A stretch of 40,706 nucleotides of DNA. Origin: Chitinophagaceae bacterium (lineage in GTDB: Bacteria > Bacteroidota > Bacteroidia > Chitinophagales > Chitinophagaceae). The stretch covers positions 1-40,706 of the forward strand of contig DASWYM010000547.1 of assembly GCA_036404975.1 (NCBI GenBank), in the 5' to 3' direction. A model generated the notes under the pieces. That model was given only the letters and a program-made list of their open reading frames with translations, was not told the origin of the DNA and did no database searches. Within the stretch, counting starts at the first letter, position 1. Each line of letters begins with the position of its first letter. The position numbers and the translations under genes are program-made. Positions 33,967-40,706 of the stretch are shown here, in pieces.

Positions 33967-34761
33967 ATGTACAAAGGACCGCTCAAGACAGCTGCCCTGC
34001 TAACGGCCATCATTATCCTGCTCTGCATAGTAGCGGCGGCGGGCGGCTTTTTCGGTGAGCTGTACCGCGACGAGGAATGGATCGAGAACGCCTTCTACGG
34101 CACCGACCTGGTGACCCTTTTCGTGGTGGTCCCCATGATGATCGCCGCGCTGGTGCAGTCGCTGAAAGGCTCGGAGCGGGCCCGCCTCGTATGGATGGGA
34201 CTGCTGGGCTACACGGCCTACAACTATGCCTTCTACCTGTTCGGCGCCCAGTTCAATGCCCTGTTCCTGGTGTACGCGGCCCTGTTCTCTCTGTCCATCT
34301 ACGCGCTGGTGCTGGTGGTGCAGGCTACAGACATCAAAGCCCTAAGCCGGCACTTCGACGCCCATGCGCCGAGAAAGCTGGTGGCCGCCTTCCTCGTGCT
34401 GGTATCGCTGCCGCTGGGCATCTTTGAGCTGAGCCAGTGCATCGGCTACCTGTTTACCGGCAAGCTGCCCGAGGCCCCGCCGCTGATCTTTGCCCTGGAC
34501 CTGTCGATCATCGTGCCCACCACCGCCCTGGCTGCCGTGCTGCTGTGGCAACGCCGCCCCTGGGGGTACGTGCTGGGTGCCATCATGCTGGTGAAGGCCT
34601 TTACCTACGGGCTCGGCCTGGTGCTGTCGACGGCCTTTGTAGCCGGCTTCAGTGCGTCGGGTACCTGGGATCCCCTGCTGCCATTTTATGTATTCATTGC
34701 CGCGGGTGGACTGCTGAGCGGACTGGCCCTGTTGCGTCACCTAAAGCCCCAAACCTCCTGA
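33967..34761 (+). CDS. Multi-pass (about 8 TM) hypothetical membrane protein
   Basis: Hydrophobic segments, DLVTL, YNYAFY.FG..FN.LF..Y, ALDL motifs. Confidence 0.85.
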   Translation: MYKGPLKTAALLTAIIILLCIVAAAGGFFGELYRDEEWIENAFYGTDLVTLFVVVPMMIAALVQSLKGSERARLVWMGLLGYTAYNYAFYLFGAQFNALFLVYAALFSLSIYALVLVVQATDIKALSRHFDAHAPRKLVAAFLVLVSLPLGIFELSQCIGYLFTGKLPEAPPLIFALDLSIIVPTTALAAVLLWQRRPWGYVLGAIMLVKAFTYGLGLVLSTAFVAGFSASGTWDPLLPFYVFIAAGGLLSGLALLRHLKPQTS

Positions 34762-34762
34762 T

Positions 34763-35887
34763 ATGTTACGCGTGTTATACCTGCTGTTGCCCTTGCACGG
34801 ACTGATCCACCTTATCGGCTTTTTCTATGGCTTGCGCGGGGCGCCCGTCGGGCAGTTTACCGGCAAGACCATCGTGCCCCTGTCCGCGGCCATGGTGCGC
34901 CTGGCAGGCGTACTGTGGGGAGTGGCCACAGTGCTCTTCCTTGCTGCCCTGGTGACCCTTTTACTGAAAAAGGACTGGTGGTGGATGATCGGTACGGGAG
35001 CGGTCGTGCTCTCGCAGGTGCTCATTGTGCTGTACTGGCCCGAAGCCAAGTGGGGCACGCTGGCCAACGTGATCATTGCCCTCGTACTGGTGATCGCCTG
35101 GAGCACCTGGCGGTTCAACACCATGGTACGGGAGGAAGTGAAAGCCGTGCTTTCCGACAGCGCCACGGCAACTTCCGTGATTACCGAAGCAGACCTGGCT
35201 CCCCTACCGCTGGTGGTGCAGCAATGGCTGCGCCGATCCAAAGTGGTGGGTAATCCGGTGAGCCGCACCGTGCACCTGCACCAGAGCGGGCTGATGCGCA
35301 CCACCCGCGAGGGTAAGTGGATGCCCGTAAGCGCTGAACAGTACTTTACGGTGGACCAGCCTGGTTTTATTTGGGTAGCCGACGTGAAAGCCGCTCCCGG
35401 GCTGCACCTGATGGGCAGGGACCTGTACCGCGATGGCCACGGGCACATGCTTATTAAAGCCCTTTCGCTTTACCCGGTGGCTAATAACCGCGGCGCCACG
35501 GTGGACCAGGGCACGCTGCTGCGCTACCTGGCTGAGATCGCATGGTTTCCCTCTGCCGCCCTGGCACCCTATATCAAGTGGCAGCCGGTGGATGCCCACC
35601 GCGCCATGGCCACCATGCACTACGGTGATATCACGGCTTCCGGTGTGTTTGGCTTTACCTCCGATGGCGATATGGAAAGCTTTTCGGCCCTGCGCTTCTA
35701 CGACCGTAAGGAAGGAGCCACCCTGGAGCCCTGGCTAATCAAAGTGGTGCCCGGCGCTTACCGGGAGTTTGATGGCGTGCGCATACCCGTGCGCTCCACC
35801 GTTACCTGGCAGCTGCGCGAAGGCGACCTTACCTGGTACCAGGTGATGATCGAGGATGTGAAGTATAATGAAGCTGCGAGCTATTAG
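34763..35887 (+). CDS. DUF6544-like membrane-anchored protein
   Basis: HGLIH N-terminal TMs, LAPLP..VQ.WL, QSG.MR, PGFIW, RYLAE..WFP motifs. Confidence 0.8.
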   Translation: MLRVLYLLLPLHGLIHLIGFFYGLRGAPVGQFTGKTIVPLSAAMVRLAGVLWGVATVLFLAALVTLLLKKDWWWMIGTGAVVLSQVLIVLYWPEAKWGTLANVIIALVLVIAWSTWRFNTMVREEVKAVLSDSATATSVITEADLAPLPLVVQQWLRRSKVVGNPVSRTVHLHQSGLMRTTREGKWMPVSAEQYFTVDQPGFIWVADVKAAPGLHLMGRDLYRDGHGHMLIKALSLYPVANNRGATVDQGTLLRYLAEIAWFPSAALAPYIKWQPVDAHRAMATMHYGDITASGVFGFTSDGDMESFSALRFYDRKEGATLEPWLIKVVPGAYREFDGVRIPVRSTVTWQLREGDLTWYQVMIEDVKYNEAASY

Positions 35888-35974
35888 TTGCGAGCTGCGA
35901 GCAGAGTCAAAAAGTCTAAGTCATTAGGTCATTTGAACTCGCCTAATTCCTAGTCCCTTACCCCTGGTCCCTTC
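35872..35974. repeat. AGCTGCG array containing the stop codon, plus the composite right inverted repeat
   Basis: AGCTGCG AGCTATT AGTTGCG AGCTGCG, then AGTCATT-type and CCTAATT-type units complementary to 33768-33822. Confidence 0.8.
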
Positions 35975-35995
35975 TAAAGGCGTACATTAGCATTC

Positions 35996-36574
35996 ATGAG
36001 CACACAAGAGAGCCAAAGTGGCTTGCAGGTCAACTTTACGCCTTTCCCGGTGTTGCGTACCGGGCGGCTGGTACTGCGCCGTATTGAGTCCGGGGACGCT
36101 GAAGACATCCTGTTCTTTCGCTCCGATCCTGTGACCATGCAGTACCTCGACCGGGATCCGATCCGTACCCTGGGTGAAGCTTCCTTCTTTATCCGGATGA
36201 TCATCGACTCGCTGGAGCGCAACGAGGGCATCACCTGGGGCATTTCCCTTACCGACGACCCGCGCCTCATCGGCACCATCGGCTTCTGGCGGCTGATGAA
36301 AGAGCACTACCGCGCCGAGATCGGCTACCTGCTACACCCCAACTACTGGGGCCGGGGCCTGGTGAGTGAAGCTATTACTGCGGTAATGAACTACGGTTTT
36401 GACGTGATGAAGCTGCACAGCGTGGAGGCCAACGTAAACCCCGGGAATAAAGCTTCGGTGCGCGTCCTGGAGAGGGCAGGCTTTGTACAGGAAGCCCACT
36501 TCCGGGAGAACTATTACTTTAACGGCCGTTTCCTGGATACGCTGATCTTTTCAAAGCTGGCGCCCTCGGCCTAG
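35996..36574 (+). CDS. GNAT N-acetyltransferase (RimJ/RimL-like)
   Basis: FPVLRTGRL, AEIGY.L, WGRGL.SEA, N.AS..VLE..GF..E. Confidence 0.93.
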   Translation: MSTQESQSGLQVNFTPFPVLRTGRLVLRRIESGDAEDILFFRSDPVTMQYLDRDPIRTLGEASFFIRMIIDSLERNEGITWGISLTDDPRLIGTIGFWRLMKEHYRAEIGYLLHPNYWGRGLVSEAITAVMNYGFDVMKLHSVEANVNPGNKASVRVLERAGFVQEAHFRENYYFNGRFLDTLIFSKLAPSA

Positions 36575-36686
36575 CACTGCCTGCTCCCAATTCAACAACT
36601 CATCCCGCGGTTTCTCCAACTGGTGCACCTTGCCCTTGCCCCCGGGGTTAAGGTAAGCCATCTTTGTGCTACCAAAACCCCCAACC

Positions 36687-37532
36687 ATGAGACAGCACTT
36701 CATTGATACCATCCTCTTCGGCATACGGCTGATGGCCATAGCCGTAGTTCTTACACTTTCGGTAGCGTTCCTGCTTTCCTTTAAAACCCACCGCACCTAT
36801 AGCGATGTATGGCAGCAGCTGGGCCTTACGGAAAAAGATGCGGCCTCCCGCGTGCAGCAGAGCTTTATCGGTGGCTACCTGCAGTACGCCGGTATTTCCA
36901 AAGCCCGTCACATTGCCGCAGGTGACCGTGCTACCGTGGCAAAGGATATGCTCTCCTTTACCAGGACCTACCTGCAGGGCGAAGAGTTCCGGAAAGCTTA
37001 CGAGCAACTGCGCGCCAGCAAAAAACCCACAGAGCCTGAACAGCCTGAATCCGAGGCCCAGATCCGCAGGAAGAACATCGACGCTATGAAAGAAGGCATT
37101 GCCAACGTAGAGAAAGGAATGAAGACGGCCAATGCCGAGATGAAGAAGATCCTGCAGGAAAGCCTGGAGATGTTCCAAAAGCAACTGAAGGAGTATCAAG
37201 ATCCCAACAATGCCATGATCAAGCTGATGGCCCAGGGAGCTGTGCAGAGTTACGAATACCAGACTGCTGCCTATAAGGAAGACCTGAAGAAGTGGGAAAA
37301 GGAATACCCTGCCGACCCTGCACCGTTTATAAAAAAACGCCTGGAGCAAATGCTGGAGTACACAAAAGATATCGACTACGATGCCCAGCTCACCGAACGC
37401 AACGGCAAAAAGTATTTCACAAAGCCCGAGTACGAGCGCAAGAGCAGCCAGTGGAAGATGGGCTTCCGCGCCGGCAAGGAAGTGACCGAAACGGCCAGGG
37501 CCTATGTGCAGCAGTGGATCAGGGAGATGTAA
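36687..37532 (+). CDS. Hypothetical helical protein with an N-terminal membrane anchor
   Basis: Hydrophobic N-terminus, coiled-coil middle, WKMGFRAGKE C-terminus. Confidence 0.8.
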   Translation: MRQHFIDTILFGIRLMAIAVVLTLSVAFLLSFKTHRTYSDVWQQLGLTEKDAASRVQQSFIGGYLQYAGISKARHIAAGDRATVAKDMLSFTRTYLQGEEFRKAYEQLRASKKPTEPEQPESEAQIRRKNIDAMKEGIANVEKGMKTANAEMKKILQESLEMFQKQLKEYQDPNNAMIKLMAQGAVQSYEYQTAAYKEDLKKWEKEYPADPAPFIKKRLEQMLEYTKDIDYDAQLTERNGKKYFTKPEYERKSSQWKMGFRAGKEVTETARAYVQQWIREM

Positions 37533-37752
37533 GAGTAGCTACGAGCTGCGCGTAAAAGAATCTTCAAGTTTCTACCAGAGTATAGACAACCAATTCAGAA
37601 AGACGCTTAGTGTGTGTTATTAGGCAACGCACCCGGGTGGCGAAAGCTGCCTGGGTGCATCTTTTTTTAAGGCACTTCTCACTCACCATGCACCATTTAT
37701 TTTCACTAACTTTAATACGGTTGAACTCTACTCTCATTTTTAAACTCTTGCT

Positions 37753-38061
37753 ATGCCGAAATTTGTTATTGAACGGGACCTCCCCGGTGTTGGTGCTTCC
37801 ACTCATGCTCAACTGCAGGCCGTAGCGCAAAAGTCCTGCGGCGTACTGGCCGACCTTGGCCCCAGCATCCAGTGGGTGCACAGTTATGTAACCGACGACA
37901 AGATCTACTGCATTTACAATGCTCCCAGTGAAGAGGCCGTCCGCCGGCATGCCGAATTGGGTGGCTTTCCCGCCAACAGGGTCAGCCGCGTACGCGAGAT
38001 TATCGACCCTGTAACCGCGGAGGCGACATTGCCGGAAACAGAGCGCATTATTGCCCAGTAA
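37753..38061 (+). CDS. DUF4242 domain protein
   Basis: MPKFVIER, QWVHSYV, KIYCIY.AP....RRHA..GGFPA. Confidence 0.9.
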   Translation: MPKFVIERDLPGVGASTHAQLQAVAQKSCGVLADLGPSIQWVHSYVTDDKIYCIYNAPSEEAVRRHAELGGFPANRVSRVREIIDPVTAEATLPETERIIAQ

Positions 38062-38324
38062 CCCCCATCCTCCAGGGAGTGGCGTTGTTACTGCAAGCCC
38101 AGATAAAAGGGCACCCTCCGCGCTGCTCCCCACCCTTTGAATGTAATAGCCCCTGTACGGGAAAACGGCGGGGCGCCGGTAATTCTCTGGAACGAGGATT
38201 GCGGCAAGGCCCTGAGCTTTTGTACTTCCCTGCTTTGTAAGGCACGTCCCGTGGCGAAAGGCTATCTGGTGTACCCTGGAAACACCTGGTTTGTTTAACG
38301 TCTGCGATAAAATTATACAAGCAT

Positions 38325-40136
38325 ATGGAGCCTACAAGAGGTATTCAGCCCGTACCGGCTACGTACGTAGTGGAAGGCAACGGGCACGGCCACGGACATC
38401 ACCACAAGGAGTCGTTTATTACTAAGTACATCTTCAGCCAGGATCACAAGATGATTGCCAAGCAGTTCCTCATTACGGGTATGCTATGGGCCGTCATTGG
38501 TGGCCTGTTCTCGGTGCTGTTCCGTTTGCAGCTCGCTTATCCTCAGGACACCTTCCCGATCCTGGAAACCGTCTTCGGCAAATGGGCCAGGGGCGGACAG
38601 ATCCAGCCCGAGTTCTATTATTCCCTGGTGACCATGCACGGCACCATCATGGTGTTCTTTGTGCTGACAGCGGGGCTGAGCGGCACCTTTGCCAACTTCC
38701 TCATACCACTGCAGATAGGAGCCCGCGATATGGCTTCCCCCCTGCTCAATATGCTGTCGTACTGGTTTTTCTTTCTCTCCAGCGTAGTAATGATCGTCTC
38801 GCTGTTTATTCAAACCGGACCGGCTTCCGGTGGCTGGACGGCCTACCCGCCGCTGAGCGCGCTGGGTCAGGCAAACCTGGGCTCAAAGGCCGGGATGGAC
38901 CTGTGGCTGGCAAGTTTGGCCCTCTTTGTCGTCTCTACGCTGCTCGGCGGACTCAACTACGTGTCCACCATCCTGAACCTGCGCACTAAAGGCATGAGCA
39001 TGACCCGTATGCCGCTGACCATCTGGGCCCTGTTCTTTACCGCCATCCTCGGGATCCTGTCTTTCCCCGTGTTGCTGTCCGGCTTTATCCTGTTGCTGAT
39101 GGATCGCAATATCGGCACCTCGTTTTACCTCAGTGATATCGTAGTAGCAGGCGAGATCCTGCCCAACGAAGGCGGTAGCGCCATTCTCTACCAGCACCTG
39201 TTCTGGTTCCTGGGCCACCCGGAAGTGTATATCGTTATCCTGCCGGCGATGGGCCTGGTGTCGGAGGTCATGAGCGTGAACGCCCGTAAGCCCATCTTTG
39301 GCTATATGGCCATGGTGGGATCCCTGTTCGCCATCGTGATTCTCTCGCTGCTGGTGTGGGCCCACCATATGTTCGTTTCAGGTATGAACCCCTTCCTCGG
39401 CTCGTTCTTCGTGCTGCTGACCCTGCTGATTGCTATTCCCTCGGCCATCAAGGTCTTTAACTGGCTAACCACCCTGTGGCGGGGCAACCTGCATTTTACC
39501 CCGGCAATGCTCTACGCTATCGGCTTTGTAAGCATCTTTATCTCAGGCGGCCTCACCGGCATCTTCCTGGGCAACTCCACGATCGACATGCACTTGCACG
39601 ATACCTATTTTATCATTGCCCACTTTCACCTGGTGATGGGGGTGGCGGCCATGTTTGGCATGTTTGCCGGCATCTACCACTGGTTCCCCAAGATGTATGG
39701 GCGCTTCCTGAACAACACCATGGGCTATATCCACTTCTGGGTAACATTTGCCGGCGCCTACCTTATCTTCTGGCCCATGCACTACCAGGGGCTGGCCGGC
39801 GTGCCACGCCGTTACCTGGACTTTAGCCTGTGGACCTCGTTCAACCAGTTCGACTCCCTGAACGTGTTCATCACCATCATTACCATTATTGTATTCGCCG
39901 TGCAGCTGCTCTTCGTCTTTAACTTCTTCTACTCCATCTTTAAGGGGCGCAAGCTGAAGTCGCAGAACCCCTGGGAGTCCACCACCCTGGAGTGGACCAC
40001 CCCCATCCGCCCGGGCCACGGCAACTGGCCGGGAGAGATCCCCGAAGTGCACCGCTGGGCCTACGACTACAGCAAAGAGGGCCGCAACTATATCCCTCAG
40101 ACCGAGCCGCTCGGACCCACCGAGGAGGGGCACTAA
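38325..40136 (+). CDS. ctaD: Cytochrome c oxidase subunit I (type A heme-copper oxidase, CoxN-like)
   Basis: DHK, TMHGT, GWTAYPPL, FWFLGHPEVY, VWAHH, HDTY..AHFH, PRR. Confidence 0.96.
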   Translation: MEPTRGIQPVPATYVVEGNGHGHGHHHKESFITKYIFSQDHKMIAKQFLITGMLWAVIGGLFSVLFRLQLAYPQDTFPILETVFGKWARGGQIQPEFYYSLVTMHGTIMVFFVLTAGLSGTFANFLIPLQIGARDMASPLLNMLSYWFFFLSSVVMIVSLFIQTGPASGGWTAYPPLSALGQANLGSKAGMDLWLASLALFVVSTLLGGLNYVSTILNLRTKGMSMTRMPLTIWALFFTAILGILSFPVLLSGFILLLMDRNIGTSFYLSDIVVAGEILPNEGGSAILYQHLFWFLGHPEVYIVILPAMGLVSEVMSVNARKPIFGYMAMVGSLFAIVILSLLVWAHHMFVSGMNPFLGSFFVLLTLLIAIPSAIKVFNWLTTLWRGNLHFTPAMLYAIGFVSIFISGGLTGIFLGNSTIDMHLHDTYFIIAHFHLVMGVAAMFGMFAGIYHWFPKMYGRFLNNTMGYIHFWVTFAGAYLIFWPMHYQGLAGVPRRYLDFSLWTSFNQFDSLNVFITIITIIVFAVQLLFVFNFFYSIFKGRKLKSQNPWESTTLEWTTPIRPGHGNWPGEIPEVHRWAYDYSKEGRNYIPQTEPLGPTEEGH

Positions 40137-40210
40137 GGCGAAGGCCGGTAGCGCATTGATCTGTCATCCTGCGGAGACTATTGTATGAAAGATTATAACC
40201 ACCTTATTGT

Positions 40211-40706
40211 ATGAACCTGTTTCGCAAAACCTTTCACTACCTGGATAAAGGCCAGCACAAGCGCACCAATATGGTGACTGTGTGCATCCTGTTGATGGGC
40301 ACCCTGCTCATCCTGTTCATCCCTCTTATCATTAAGCTGATCCAGGCACGGGTCATCGAACACGGCCAGCCCTTTGTTGTGCCCCATGCCTTTGGCCTGA
40401 GCACCCTGGTGTTGCTGGCCAGCACCTGGGTGTTGTACCGGGCCCGAGGCTACAAGGCCCGCGATCAGCACCGCCTGCTCAGCCGTAGCCTCTTTAGCCT
40501 GCTGGCCCTGGGCGGTCTGTTCCTGCTGCTGCAATACAGGGGCTGGCAGCAGGTGTTTGCCGATCCCCATCATCAGCAGATCAAGATCCTTATGGTCATC
40601 GTGGCGGTGCATGCCCTCCACTTTGCCATCGCCCTCATCCTGGCGGCGATACTGCTGATCCGCACCATGGGGATCAAGAGCCCGGCGGAATCCTACATCT
40701 ACTTCC
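40211..40706 (+). CDS. Divergent cytochrome c oxidase subunit III-like membrane protein (partial)
   Basis: Not in the ORF track. Open from ATG 40211 to the edge: ...VPHAFGLSTLVLLAST...LGGLFLLLQYRGW...VHALHF, which matches subunit III helix patterns. Confidence 0.7.
   Translation, partial: MNLFRKTFHYLDKGQHKRTNMVTVCILLMGTLLILFIPLIIKLIQARVIEHGQPFVVPHAFGLSTLVLLASTWVLYRARGYKARDQHRLLSRSLFSLLALGGLFLLLQYRGWQQVFADPHHQQIKILMVIVAVHALHFAIALILAAILLIRTMGIKSPAESYIYF

Noticed and set aside
38380-38405. His-rich N-terminus of oxidase subunit I
   Set aside because: Common in Bacteroidota CoxN proteins.
13-40133. Long antisense or overlapping ORFs in the track (e.g. 13-543 +, 4510-5448 +, 14399-15865 -, 21712-22959 +, 29470-30831 +)
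   Set aside because: They are shadows of well-supported genes in GC-rich DNA and have no recognisable motifs.
40155-40166. Further TGA-N6-TCA site before the subunit-III-like gene
   Set aside because: Only a half site, with no -7-like element at the 23-nt spacing.

Overview
A 40.7-kb chromosomal stretch of a GC-rich Bacteroidota genome, most likely Chitinophagaceae. This rests on TAnnTTTG-type -7 promoter elements, AT-rich leaders without obvious Shine-Dalgarno sites, a fused E1 alpha/beta gene, mqnC and a CoxN-type subunit I. It holds about 33 genes. They include a four-subunit 2-oxoacid:ferredoxin oxidoreductase operon next to an ADP-forming acyl-CoA synthetase, a D-aminoacylase, a serine hydrolase, a fused 2-oxoacid dehydrogenase E1, an M16 peptidase pair, a PDZ aspartyl protease, a VHPO/PAP2 lipoprotein, MqnC, a GT1 glycosyltransferase, three GNATs and cytochrome c oxidase subunit I followed by a divergent subunit-III-like gene. 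I see no rRNA, tRNA, CRISPR array, integrase or transposase. The most unusual signals are non-coding. (1) Many short degenerate tandem arrays of 7, 8 or 9 bp period, usually about four units long, abut stop codons and twice fall inside coding sequence. (2) Three 110-140 bp inverted arrays have an 11-bp period. (3) Composite inverted repeats bracket a two-gene cassette. (4) A TGA-N6-TCA palindrome lies exactly 23 nt upstream of a -7-like element at three promoters, with a weaker fourth case. Two small membrane-protein genes missed by the ORF track each carry an in-frame stop. All family assignments are from motif recognition, not database searches.
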